Below, piece by piece: positions 37,059 through 49,590 of a stretch of 64,000 bases of DNA; position 1 is the first letter of the stretch, and each line of letters opens with the position of its first letter. A model generated the notes under the pieces. The model was not told the origin of the DNA. It saw only the letters and a program-made list of their open reading frames with translations, and did not search any database. This stretch comes from Centroscyllium fabricii (taxonomy: Eukaryota), in NCBI GenBank assembly GCA_051313645.2, contig JBNRSN020000017.1, positions 80,476,001 to 80,540,000 on the forward strand. The letters are read 5' to 3'. The translations under genes and the position numbers were made by a program.

Positions 37059-37937
37059 TAACTATAGTTTGTGTTCTTGGGTTATTGAAAAGGTCATGGA
37101 ACTTTTTTCTGAGCTCACTGAATTGGTTTATATTTAGGTCAGGCACTGCAGTGAATTACAGTAGTATTTTCACTTTAAACTTCAGAAATAACAACAGTAA
37201 TAATCCCAAACTAAAACACTTGTATAAAAATAAATGATTGCTCTGGTCTCTGTTTTGCTTCTGTTGTCTTCCCTCTTTTTATCTTCACTTGTAATTTTGC
37301 CAATTTCTACTGTTGATTCTTCCCCCTGCCCCCCCCCCCCCCCACTTTAAAATCTGATGCTAGCTTGTTTATTTCAGTCCTCCCAACCACACCCATGTTT
37401 TTGGAAGTGGGCGCAGTGTTACAAATATGACTTAGTTGAAAACTGCCTCACAACAGCAGTTTTTCAGCCAAAGAAGCAAAGCTGAAGACTACCCAGGTCA
37501 AATTCTAGATGCAATGTTTTCAATTTGTTTTTTAGTGTTAAAACCAGGGGAAGGACTATCACCGCCCCAGTCAGACAAGTAAGCCTGCTCTCGCCACTCA
37601 GTTGAAACAATCCGTAAAACCTAAATTGCCATTCATCCAGCTTTCAGCTTGCTAAATTTTTTGTGTTGCAATCAGGATTTAGTTAAAACATACTGAGAGA
37701 GGCAGCTGACCACACTAAAGGAGCCGCCATTGAAATCGAATCAAGAGAATCTCAAATTTTTAAAATAGCAGTTTGAGCCAAAGCGAAACCTCATAACAGT
37801 AGCATAGTGGTTATGTTGCTTGACTAGTAATCCAGAGGCCTGGACTATTGATCCAGAGACGTGATTTCAAATCCCACCACGGCAGCTGGAGACTTTAAAT
37901 CTAGTTCATTAAATAAATCTGGAATAAAAAGCTAGTA

Positions 37938-38211
37938 CAGGTTGTGCACCGTTAATCTGGCACCCAATGGTCCGGCACCTTCAGTGGTCCGGCACGAATC
38001 CATCTGGCCGGCCCACGTGATCCCAGGGATGCTCGCGATGCATGGGCCTCTCCCCAACTAGTCTGCGCATGAGCAGTGGCCATTTTGAATGGTCGGCGCA
38101 TGTGTGGCGGCTATTTTGGATGGTCTGCACATGCGCTCCCCGAACCTTCAGTAGTTCGGATTTTTCAGTGGGCCTGGTCCCGAGGGTGCCGGGTTAACGG
38201 TGCACAACCTG
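37938..38211. mobile_element. Tigger-like MITE with family A ends and a different internal sequence
   Basis: TA|CAGGTTGTGCACCGTTAA...TTAACGGTGCACAACCTG|TA; the same A>T change is present in both TIRs. Confidence 0.9.
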
Positions 38212-38562
38212 TATCAGTAATGGTAACCATGAAACTACTGGATTGTCACAAAAACCCATCTGGCTCACTGTCATTCAGGGAAGGAAATCCGCCATCCTTA
38301 CCTGGCCTGGCCTATATGTAACACCAGACCCACAGCCAAAATTGGGAGAGCTGTCCCACAGACTAGTCGAGCAACAGCCTGACAAAGTCATACTCACAGA
38401 ATCATACCTTTTAGCCAATGTCCCAAACTCCTCCATCACCATCCCTGGCTATGTCCTGTCCCACAGTCATTGTTGAAACAAAGTCCCAGCTTCACACTAA
38501 GGACACCCTCCATCGTATTGTATGGCACTACTACCGTGCTAAATGGGATAGATTCAGAACAG

Positions 38563-38788
38563 TGGACGACACGGTGGCGCAGTGGTTAGCACTGCTGCCT
38601 CGCAATAAGGAGCTTCTGGGTTCGAATCCTGCTTGGCCCGGGACACCTCTGCGTGGAGTTTGCATGTTCTCCCTGTGTTCGTGTGGGTTTCCTCCGGGTA
38701 CTCCGGTTTACTCCCACCACCCAAAGACATGCAGGTTAGGTGAATTGGAGATACCCTGTACTAAAAATTGCCCGTAAGTATGTGTGTG
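38563..38788 (+). mobile_element. V-SINE type 2, 3'-truncated (tailless)
   Basis: Intact head and V-domain; flanked by AGAACAG at 38556-38562 and 38789-38795. Confidence 0.85.
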
Positions 38789-41109
38789 AGAACAGATCTA
38801 GCAGCTCAAAACTGGGGATCCATGAGGTGCTGTGGGCCATCAGCAGCAGCAGAATTGTATTCCACCCCAATCTGTAACCTCATGGCCTGGCATATCCCTC
38901 ACTCTACCAGGGGACCAATCCTGGTTCAATAAGAAGTGTAGACGAGCATGCCAGGAGCAGCACCAGGCGTACCTAAAAATGAGATGCCAACCTGGGGAAG
39001 CTGCAACACAGGATTAGATGCATGCTAAAAAGCAGAAGCAGCATGCGAAAGACGGGGCTAAGCGGTCCCACAGTCAACAGAGCAGCTCAAAGTTCTGCAA
39101 TCCTGCCACATCCAGTCATGAATAGTGGTGGACCATTAAGCAACTAACGGGAGGAGGAGGCTCCATGAATAACCCCATTCTCATTGATGGTGGAGCCCAG
39201 CACGTGAGTGCAGAAGACGAGGCTGAAGCGTTTGCAACCATCCTCAGCCAGAAGTGCAGAGTGGATGATCCATATTGGCCTTCTCCTGAGGTCCCCACCA
39301 TCACAGAAGCCAGTCTTTAGCCAATTCGATTCACTCCACGTGATCTCAAGAGATAGCTCGGCGCACTGGAAACAGCAAAGGCAATGGACCCTGACAACAT
39401 TCCGGCTGTTATGCTGAAGACTTATGGTCTAGGACTAGCCGCGCCTCTAGCCAAGCTGTTCCAGTACAGCTACAACACTGGCATCTATCTGACAATGTGG
39501 AACACTGCCCAGCAGGATAAATCCAATCCAGCCAGTTACCCCTACCCTCAGTCTACTCTCAATCATCAGCAAAGTGATGGAATATGTCATTGACAGTGCT
39601 ATCAAGCGACACATACTCACCAATAACATGCTCACTGATGCCCAGTTTGGGTTCTGTCAGGACCACTCGGCTCCAGAACTCATTACAGCCTTGGTCCAAA
39701 CATGGACAAAGGAGCTGAATTCCAGAGGTGAGGTGAGAGTGACTGCTCTTGACATCAAGGCAGCATTTGACCGAGTGTGGAGTCGAGGAGCCCTGGTAAA
39801 ACTGAAGTCCGTGGGAAAGCTCTCCCATGGCTGAAGTCATACCTAGCACAAAGGAAGATGTTTGTGGTGGGTGGAGGTCAATCATTGCTGCAGGAGTTCC
39901 TCAGGGCAGTGTCCTAGGCCCAACCATCTTCAGCTGCTTCATCAATAACCTTATCACCAACATAAGGTCACAAATGGGGACATTCGCTGATGACTGCACA
40001 GTGTTCAGTGCCATTTGCAACTCCTCAGATAATGAAGCAGTCCATGCCCGCTTGCAACAAGACCTGGACGACATTTAGGCTTGGGCTGATAAGTGGCAGT
40101 TAACATTCGTGCCACACAAATGCCAGGCAATGACCATCTCCAACAAGCAAGAGTCAAACCACCGCCCCTTGACATTCAGTGGCATTACCATCACCAAATC
40201 CCCCACCATCAACATCCTGGGGGCTACCGTTGACCAGAAACTTAACTGGACCAGCCATAAATAGTGGCCACAAGTTCAGAGGCTGGGGATTTCTGACTCC
40301 CCAAAGCCTATCCACCATCTACAAGGCACAAGTAAGGAGTGTGATGAAATACTCTCCACTTGCCTGGATGAGTGCAGCGCCAACAACACTCGAAGCTCGA
40401 TACCATCCAGGACAAAGCAGCCACTTGATTGGCACCCCATCCACCATCTCAAACATTCACTCCCTCCACAACAGGTGTACCGTGGCTTCAGTGTGTACCA
40501 TCTACAAGATGCACTGCAGCAACTTGCCAAAGCATCTTCGGCAGCACCTCCCAAACCCGTGACCTGTACCACCTCGAAGTACAAGAGCAGCAGGCGCATG
40601 GGAACAACACCACCTCCAAGTTACCCTTCAAGTCACACCGTCCTGACTTGGAAATATATTGGCCGCTCCTTCATCGTCGCTGGGTCAAATTCCTGAAACT
40701 CCCTAACAGTACTGCGGAAGTACCTTCACCACAAGGACTGCAGCAGTTCAAGAAGGCAGCTTACCACCATCTTCTCGAGGGCAATTAGGAATGGGCAATA
40801 AATGTTGGCCTTGCCAGTGACGCCCACATCCCAGGAACAAATTTTTAAAAAGTTATCTTTAGCAACAGCAAAGAAACACAATGATTTCCAGGGAAGATAA
40901 GCTGACTTTTTTGGGAGGATGGTTTGAATATTTTATCTTAAAATGAGGTGGTCTGAATTAGCAAGGTACTCCCCCACCCCTAGCTCAGATATTAATTGTG
41001 GCTCATTACTGAACAATAAATCAAAGATATCCTGTCTGCTGCTCCTTCTCACATGTTGAATTTAGAAGAAATCCATGATTGCATCAATAAATGCTTCTGG
41101 GGTTTCACA

Positions 41110-41480
41110 TCTCTGATGCCTATCCTGTTTTCCCAAGTGGATCATTGAAAGCTCTCATCTTCACTACCTTCCCTTCATTGACAATCTTCATGATTAGATT
41201 GCATAGCTGCAGGCCCCTCTCTTGGTTTGGGTGTCTGTAACACAAATCAAAGTACTCGGGTATTTCTGATAGTTCCACTTGAAGCCAGGGTGATTCGCCA
41301 CTTGCAATATTACCTTGCTCCACTGCTTCTGTTCTGTTTCTAACAATGATGGACACCCCACCCACACTATCCTTCCGAAACTGTGTTTAGATATATGAAA
41401 ATCAGACCTTTTCTCAAAATCCTGCCAAAGTTCTGTAAGGGCTATCTGCTCGCTTGTCGATGTCAGTGCTGCGGAGTTCG
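41110..41480 (-). mobile_element. Very old LINE endonuclease fragment (CR1-like)
   Basis: ORF 41120..41365 has GGVSIIVR, CYRHPNQ and a GDFN-like RAFND motif. Confidence 0.55.
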
Positions 41481-42302
41481 CTACTTTTGTTATGCAATGT
41501 TAATTTCGAGTAATGTGTCCTGTGCAGTGCACTAGTGAAATTCTCTCAACTGTGCCGTAATGCGCCATAAACCTAACGGAGAAGGACAGCATTATGTGAG
41601 CTTCAGGTTCCTGCCCAAACCATCTTTGTGCACTCTTGGAGATGGCAAATTAAGGATATATTTATGCTTTAGAATTATCTGTTTATATTTGGATTGAGGA
41701 AATAGGACTCTTTCAGCAAAATGAGATGATTTTCCTTCCATCAGTGTGAGTTAGATTTGAACCCAGGTCTCTAAAGTTAAAGGCCTTGTTCTAACACAAG
41801 TTCCCCAAAAGGTAGATTTACTTGGGTTTGTAAAGCTTTCTTCCCTATTATCTCATTTTTGAGATTTTAATCCATGATCACGCCGCTTTCCACCGAAACA
41901 AGCAGTGTCACCTGAGTTCAGTAACAGGAAGAGGCTATTTGACCCACTGAGCCTCCATCTCTGACCCACCAACACCCCTGGAGCGAAAAGTAGTTCCAAC
42001 AGTTAAATTTTAGACTGATGTTTGGATTTCAATTTGTTCCAATTTAATTTCAAATGGTGGAGCTTGGCAGAACTAACCTGACACAATATTGCATCAAAGA
42101 AAGTTCCTGTGAAGACGTTTGTTTAGCTTCCCTAACCTCCCAACTGACATGCTGATGGGAGGTTAGCAGTGGAGAGTTAAAGGGGGGGGAAATGTAGTAA
42201 CCTTAATGGAAAAAGTGACGAGGAACAATTGGGGGGGAAACATAGGGGGGGAATTTCATGTCCCCGTGAGGGGGGGGTTTCGGCAGCCAGTAAAATAGCG
42301 GA

Positions 42303-42583
42303 NNNNNNNNNNNNNNNNNNNNNNNNNNNNNNNNNNNNNNNNNNNNNNNNNNNNNNNNNNNNNNNNNNNNNNNNNNNNNNNNNNNNNNNNNNNNNNNNNN
42401 NNNNNNNNNNNNNNNNNNNNNNNNNNNNNNNNNNNNNNNNNNNNNNNNNNNNNNNNNNNNNNNNNNNNNNNNNNNNNNNNNNNNNNNNNNNNNNNNNNNN
42501 NNNNNNNNNNNNNNNNNNNNNNNNNNNNNNNNNNNNNNNNNNNNNNNNNNNNNNNNNNNNNNNNNNNNNNNNNNNNNNNNNNN
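42303..42583. other. Assembly gap (281 N)
   Basis: Run of N; flanked by GC-rich MITE-like sequence (~42245-43230). Confidence 0.99.
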
Positions 42584-43615
42584 CCGCCCAGGTTCCCTGC
42601 CGCGAAACGTTCCCAGTTGTTGCCTCGTTAAGGGCCCTTAATTGGCATGTTTAATACCATTTTAAGGGCCCTCAGCCATTTTGACCTGTTTCCTGCCCTA
42701 ACCCCGTCACCTTAAACCCCGCTGGGTGAAACCCAGCGGGAGCACAGCGCTGGTTATCACTTTCTCCTTCAAGGTGTGAAGGATGTGCTGCCAAATGCTT
42801 GGCATGCCTCCAGCACCTTAGAGGAGTAAGTTACTCTGTTCTGTCTGCACCAGCTGTGAGCAAAAGCTGAAAAATCTCAGCTCTGCACATTTGCTCACAG
42901 CCGGTGCGAGCTGTCAAGTATTCTGAGCCCGCCTGCCCACCTGTCAGTCTCCAGCACTTGACCTTTCCCATTGGTTCCACTCGACTGATGTCACAGTGGA
43001 GTGTTTCCATGGGAACTGTCAACAACCAGTGCTGGAACTGCCAATCAAACTGCTCGCAGCCCCACTGGAGCCCGACTCGATTGACTTAATTGCCACCTGC
43101 TGCCGCCGGCGTGGATTTAACAACCCAATTAAATTAAAATTGCGTGGCCTTCCCAGCTGTTTGGGTGGGCGGGAAAGGAAGCCGCCCAGACCAATCTCCG
43201 CCAAGTTCCCGCCCTTCTGGCAAAGTCCCCCCCATATACAAATAGGGTCGGATAATAGGTTTTGGTCGCTTAGGGCGCCAAAGATGGCCTGTATGTTAAC
43301 AAATGGTTTGCGGGGAGCTGAAACGTATTCTAGTCCAAAGATTACCTATTCTCTAAACATGCAGGTAACCAAAAAATTCTACAGTATCTGAAGTTTGTTT
43401 GCCTTTACTGTACTAAGCTTTGTAAAATGAAATGTCCTTATTTTGTTTCTTTATACCTGTGGAATGCAATGCTGATTATCTTAGGCACATGATGTTAAAT
43501 GAGTGGACTTAAAGGAAGTAGCAGTGTGAGGGGTAATGGGACACCAAAGTTAGTCAGACCTTTTGTAAATTTGAAGTTCAATGATGCCTTAATAGAAAAA
43601 TAAATGATGCACATT

Positions 43616-44040
43616 AGCCCAGAAATTCGGCTTGGAGGCTTCCTGCGAGTGCAAACCTCCAACCCACACTTACGGACCGCGCCGGCCATTGAGCATTGCA
43701 CCCGCATGAAACCCGATGTTGGGTTCTCCTGAACTGCCAGCGCGCTGTGCTCCTGGATTTGAACGGCGGAGTTAGTGCAAGATATCGCGTGGGATCACGT
43801 AGGCCGCGGAGAGCCAATTGGAGCACAGGATGCTCCATTCATAAGTTTGACAGGAAGACCTGTCAAACTTATGAATACTACAACACCAAAACCACAGTAA
43901 ATCTTAAAATATATTTTTTTTAAAACATGACATTTTTAAAATAACTATCAATTACACAAATTAGCTATTTTAAACAAAAATTAAAAATTTTGAAAAAATA
44001 ATTAAATTATTTAACGGGGCTAAAAATCAACTTCAGATCT
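43616..44040 (+). mobile_element. Probable DNA-transposon fragment with perfect 18-bp hairpin (43837-43876)
   Basis: GCCCAGAAATTC terminus; ATTCATAAGTTTGACAGG-AAGA-CCTGTCAAACTTATGAAT; related to 35022-35650. Confidence 0.55.
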
Positions 44041-44933
44041 GCATTAGCACGGTTGTACATTGGTGCAGTGAGCAATGTGAAATTTTTGTCCGCATTACAA
44101 ATTGGGAGCTCATTTCAAACCTGACCAATAGCTTTGTGTAAAAAGTGTTTGTAAATTGGTGCAGCTTCCCTTCCTCAACCTATGCTCGAGCCATCACCCT
44201 TTGAGGCACACAGTGTATGCCCTTGTGTAGATTTTCTTTCTGGCCTACATGAATAGGTTTACAGACGTTACGCTCTGATGCAACGAACAGTAGCAACATT
44301 TGAAAGTCCACAGCAGGGGAAGTCAATAATACTAGAGCTGTAGTTATTTTGGGAGGTGTGAAAGATCTGCTCTATGTTTAAGTTTTGACAGCTGCATGAA
44401 AATCTTTCTAATGCATGAGGTTTCAGCAGCATTGACTAATGCCTGGGGTCTTGATCGTGTCACAGCATATATAGTCTAACGGTCTGTAGTTGCAGAAAGC
44501 AAAAGTTTTTCTTCAGTTCCTGAAGAGAGATTTATTTAGCTGTTACACCTGTTAGCTATTGATGCATATTATCTTTTTTTAAATCTGAAATACTGCATTT
44601 AGTTTCAAGTCTTGATGTAACAGCATGCTTTTCAACATCATTACATGGGGAAAAGATCTGTTAACCCCAATTGTAGCTGGATGTCGATAGGAATTTTCCC
44701 CAATAAAAAATCTAATTACTGAGCTTGCCAGTCCTAGTTTACATTATTATTTGGGGGAAACTGGGTCAGAGGGAATGTAGCATTTTAGGTTAAAAAAAAT
44801 TAAAATGTAATTTTATAAATGGCTTTGAACGGTTGAAAATACCTGTAGTAATTTTATGAATACAAGCTTAGGATGGGACATGGATTCTATTTGCTGCTGT
44901 CATTGCATTTACTTAAAACCGCTAATACTGATT

Positions 44934-45289
44934 AGAATCATAGAAAGATAGGAGTAGGCCGTTCGGCCCCTCGAGCCTGCTCAATGAGATCATGGCTGAT
45001 TATCCAAACTCAGTACCCTGTCCCTGCCTTCTCCCCATATATCTCGATCCCTTTAGCCTCTAAATATATCTAACTCCTTATTGAATATATTTAATGAATT
45101 GGCCTCTGCTGCCTTCTGTGGTAGACAATTCCACAGGTTCACCACTCTCTGGGTGAAGAAATTCCTCCTCACCTCTGTCCTAAATGACTTACCCCTTATC
45201 CTTAGACTGTGACCCCTGGTTCTGGACTCCCTGGCCATCGGGAACATCCTTCCTGCATCTAGCCTGTCTAGTCCTGTTAGAATTTTATA
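44934..45289 (-). mobile_element. CR1 3' fragment
   Basis: YKILTGLDRLDAGRMFP...RNFFTQRVVNLWN; same subfamily as 18365-20928. Confidence 0.9.
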
Positions 45290-45703
45290 ATCCTGAGTAA
45301 TTCTGTGCACAGTATGCCTTTAATGTTCTTTATAATTGAATTTTATTCTAGTTTTAGAGTTCGGGTAGTGGATGTGTTCATGGCTGCCATTTACAAAGCA
45401 GTGAGCAGCCTTTTGCAATCATTTTGAAACTTTGCAATTGTTTAAGTGGCACTGAAACCCTTTCAGTATTGAGAAAATATTACATTCTGTAAATTCCTGT
45501 GAGGCATTGCATTTAATTAGTGGTTACAGAAAATTGTGTTGCGAAAGTAGAAACTAAGCAATTAAAGTAGAAACTAAGCAATTCTGTTGTGTTTCTGGGG
45601 GTGTGCACCATTCAGCATTAATTAATTTTCATTATTATGATTCATCCTTCATTGAAATTATTTTTTCTTCTGTATAACATACAGGATATTAACAAAGATG
45701 ATA

Positions 45704-46015
45704 CAGGTATACAACCTCTTATCCGAAACCCTTGGGGCCAATGTGTTTCGGAATTCGGAATTTTTTAGATTTTTGATATTCACGAAATTAAACTCAAAAT
45801 CACAAAAAATATCAGAGCAGCAGAAGCACCTGTGACTGGTAGCAGCGCTGAGACACAAATGACGCCTCACACCTGCGTGGGTCAAGCGTCGGCTGCGTCG
45901 GGTCATGTTTGGTGCAACTCAGGTCATGTCGTGCACACGAGTGATGCTCCACGAAAACACTTTCGTTTCTCAGAGCTTTGATTTTCAGAATTGCGGATAA
46001 GGGGTTGTATACCTG
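45704..46015. mobile_element. Tigger-like MITE (CAGGTATAC ends)
   Basis: TA|CAGGTATACAACCTCTTATCCG...CGGATAAGGGGTTGTATACCTG|TA; ends related to 21377-22122. Confidence 0.88.
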
Positions 46016-46806
46016 TACTGGTATTCTGTACTATATTGTTTGAAAGGGATGTCATTTCCAAAATTCTAACCATTTGATACACTTACCTTTATGAACTTTG
46101 CTGAAACACTAAATGTTCACTTGTTTTTTCCATTATCTGAATACATATGCGCTCACGAACACACGCAACACACGCATGCAGATTAATTATCCCAATGCAC
46201 TCCCATCTGAATGAGTGCATTTTTATAGTTTCCGCAACATAATATGTACATGATTCCCTAGGTTTTCCAACACTACATGAGATTTGTTACTGAGGGGGAA
46301 AATACCTATGTGTTATATTTAAATCTGTGTGATCGTGATCAGTTTATTTCAGCCTGCAATGTAGCAAAAACTGTTTTAGGTGTGATTTTGTGATGGCTGT
46401 TAGCAGATTGTAAACAGTGTCAAAATTCACCTGCTAATTGTCATAGTTAGTTTGTGTTGAGTAGACATCATTTGACTACTTGCTAATTCTACCTACTTTC
46501 ACTATGCATTTTGAGATGGCCTGCTGCCTGACTCGGCATCAATGCTATGGCAACTCTTATCTTCTGAAACTGTCGGCACCATTCTATTCCAAAAATAGAG
46601 AACATTGTGATCCATGCCTCTGAAGAGTATTCATAATAAAAATGCTCTCAAGCAGCTTCCCTGATAGTTTAATGGGTAAATATTAACCGGTGTGGTACCA
46701 AGCAAGGCAGAACCTCAAAGTCCCTGGTTTTAACCCTTCAATCATCTCACCTCAGCCAAGATAGCAGTCTGCCATCACATCACTAGATCAGAGGATGCAT
46801 AATGAT

Positions 46807-47044
46807 TAGGAGCAAGAGTAGGCTATACGGCCCTTCGAACCTGCTGCGCCATTCAATAAGATCATGGCTGATCTTCGACCTCCACTCCACTTTCCTGCCT
46901 GTTCCCATGTCCCTTGATTCCCCTAGTGTCCCAAAACCTATCTATCTTGGCCTTGAATATACTCAACGACTCAGCATCCTCAGCCCTTTGGGGTGGAGCA
47001 TTCCAAAGATTCACAACCCTCTGAGTGAAGAAATTCCTCCTCCT
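46807..47044 (-). mobile_element. CR1 3' tip
   Basis: RRNFFTQRVVNLWN...IFKAKIDRF plus 3' UTR. Confidence 0.85.
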
Positions 47045-47449
47045 CCTCTTCATGCAGAGTTCCTGCTCTTGAGCACCATCCTTCTGAGAAGGGCATCAGT
47101 GTTGACATCAGATGACAATACCTGTTTAAAGAAAATAGCCTATTTGTTGTTGAGGTGCCACTAGGGTGAGGTATCTGCTGTCCATGAAGCCAAAGACTAA
47201 ATGAACTAATATCTTCAGGAGAAGAGAGAGAAGGGGAAAAAGTGTCGTCACTTTTGTAGTACCTGTACATGGTTTTCTATCTGCTATCCTGGCTCAGTTT
47301 TGCAGGTTAATCGGGAAGCATAATGAACTAAGCAATACCTAAATAACAGCCACAATAGAGGAAGTGTATCAAACCAGCAATTGGGATTGTAAATGATTAT
47401 GAATAACATTTCTCCAGTTCTGATGGTTATTCTTGAAATCCTGTTGCAG

Positions 47450-47624
47450 AGAAAGGCTGCGGACTCATAGCATTGAATCTTCAGGGAAATTGAAGATCTC
47501 GCCAGAACAGTTGTATGATTTCACTGCAGATGATCTAAAGGACCTTGGGGAAATAGGACGTGGAGCCTACGGTTCTGTGAACAAAATGATCCACAACCCG
47601 AGCGAGGTGGTTATGGCTGTGAAA
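47450..47624 (+). CDS. MAP2K4: MAP2K4 coding exon (exon 3 equivalent; Gly-rich loop and catalytic Lys)
   Basis: gttgcAG|A GAA AGG...GTG AAA|GTAAGC; 175 nt; ERLRTHSIESSGKLKISPEQLYDFTADDLKDLGEIGRGAYGSVNKMIHNPSEVVMAVK. Confidence 0.98.
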
Positions 47625-48604
47625 GTAAGCAGTTACATCAGCGACTTGACGTGCGTCTTAAGGATCAACAGGATCTCGGATATTTATTGTACTGAGTTTG
47701 GCAAACTTATTTGGAGCACAAAGCTATTGAATGTTTATTTCTGAATTATTTTTTTAAACATTATGTCCAAATTTTTTGCACTGAAGATTAAGGATACCAG
47801 TTTTGGGCTGTCAGCATGAACTGCTTCCAGTTCATGTGTAGTACAGTCAGTTGCTAAGTGACGCGCTTCCACTTTGTCCCAATTAACACTCAATTTCAGA
47901 AGAGCACCCTTATTCCATTTCCCACAGTAATCACCTTTGTAGCCTCTCTAAGTAAGTTTGACAATCTATGCCAGTTTGTGGGTGGCGTCTTGCTTTAGAT
48001 CTTCCTCCACAAGAACTGGGTTGAAACTGTCCAAGCTCTTGGCCATTAAAGCCAGCAGGATGAGCACACGTTCCTCCCACTGGCGTGGGCTGGATTTGAC
48101 CCTGTGGTAGTGGAGTGTAAAAGACATCTAAACTGCTGCACAATCCAATCGTAAAATTATAATTTGAGAGTTCTTAATTGATTTTTACACTTTTGAGTTT
48201 AGTTATAACAAAAGAAACCGTTTCTGCTTTGAGTCTTCAGTAACTTTTGTATGTTCTTAAGCAGATGAATGCTGCATTAGCAAGAACTTGGTACCTTTTT
48301 AGCAAGCAACAGATCACCTCTGATTAGAGCATACTTTTATTACGAGCTTTACTCCCTCTGGTTCTACCCTGATGATTCACTGCAGTGAAAACTAGACTGC
48401 TAATACACATGAATTAACATTTAATGGTCTGATGTGCGTGCCGTGTTCCAATACGGTTTTGAAACCAAACTCAAATGGTGACCATGAAATTGAATGTCAC
48501 ACTGGAAGCCTTGTGTTTTTCTTGGAAGAATCACCTTTTGTAATTCAAACATTGTCTTTTTATTAAAAACAATGACTCATTGTACAGTAAACTTAATAGA
48601 TGCT

Positions 48605-49170
48605 CTGAAATAACAACAGAAAATGCTGGAAATACTCAGGCCAGGCCGCATCCGTGGAGAGAGAAACACAGAAACACAGAAGATAGGAGCAGGAGTAGAC
48701 CATTCGGCCCTTCGAGCCTGCTCCGCCATTTTGATGAGATCATGACTGATCATCCAAACCCAGCACCCCCCTCCTACCCTCTCCCCATAACCCCCGACAC
48801 CCCCAACTCTAAGAACTATATCTCACACACATACTCATGGGCAATTTTTTTTTAGTATCTCCAATTCACCTGACCTGCATGCCTTTGGGTGGTGGGAGGA
48901 AACCGGAGTACCCGGAGGAAACCCACATGAACACGGGGAGAACATGCAAACTCTACGCAGCGAGGACCCGGGCCAAGCAGGATTCGAACCCAGGAGCTCC
49001 TTATTGCGAGGCAGCAGTGCTAACCACTGCGCCACCGTGTTGTTCGGGTTCTGGACCCTTCAACGTTAACTCAGTTTCTCTCTCCACGGATGCGGCCTGG
49101 CCTGAGTATTTCCAGCATTTTCTGTTATTTCAGATTTCCAGCATCCGCGGTATTTTGCTATTAATAGATG
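48605..49170. mobile_element. Penelope-derived inverted-repeat element with nested antisense V-SINE type 2 (~48667-49045)
   Basis: AACAGAAAATGCTGGAAATACTCAGGCCAGGCCGCATCCGTGGAGAGAGAAAC and its exact reverse complement at ~49075-49127. Confidence 0.75.
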
Positions 49171-49469
49171 CTCTGTCTTGCATCACATACTGTGATGCAC
49201 CTTTTTGCCAGTTTGCATCACCAATTTCCTTCCTTTTACATTGTTCAAAACCTGCACCAGGGCCACCAGATGTTGCAGCCCACTGCAGGCTGAATGTGAA
49301 ACTGCCAGGACTTGTTAAAACCAGTTGCCAGGAAGATGCACTTTACATAGAATTACTGTATATAAAAGTTACAGTGCAAGGAGCATGACATTCGGCCCAA
49401 CTGACTCTGCCAGTGTTAATGCTCCACACAAGCCTCCTCCCACCCTACTTCATCTAACCTATCTCCATT

Positions 49470-49590
49470 TCACTCTCCCTGTCTTCTCTCCCAGTTCTGT
49501 TGAAGGGTTTCGACCCGAAACGTTAACTCTGTTTCTCTCTCCACCGATGTTGCCTGGCTTGCTGAGCTTTTCCAGCCTTTTCTGTTGTTA
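49470..49590 (+). mobile_element. Penelope-like fragment with degenerate hammerhead (49493-49528), nested in an old CR1 3' end (~49380-49730, -)
   Basis: AGTT-CTGTTGA-A-GGGT TTCG ACCC-GAAA-CG-TT-AACT. Confidence 0.65.

Larger units (their letters stand above)
37797..40850 (+). mobile_element. Degenerate CR1-group LINE (APE + RT) preceded by a tRNA-derived SINE-type head; hosts a MITE and a V-SINE
   Basis: Head homologous to 8118-8393; QQPDKVILTESYL..IPGY (APE), [33 protein letters not shown]; tail homologous to 8473-8580. Confidence 0.88.

Noticed and set aside
45544-45583. 20-bp tandem duplication (similar small ones at ~34806-34838 and ~4843-4878)
   Set aside because: Ordinary slippage duplications with no sign of function.
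23650-47449. Intronic miR-744 as in mammalian MAP2K4
   Set aside because: I found no match to the mature sequence as recalled (UGCGGGGCUAGGGCUAACAGCA), and the family is mammalian as far as I know; a 281-nt gap remains unseen.
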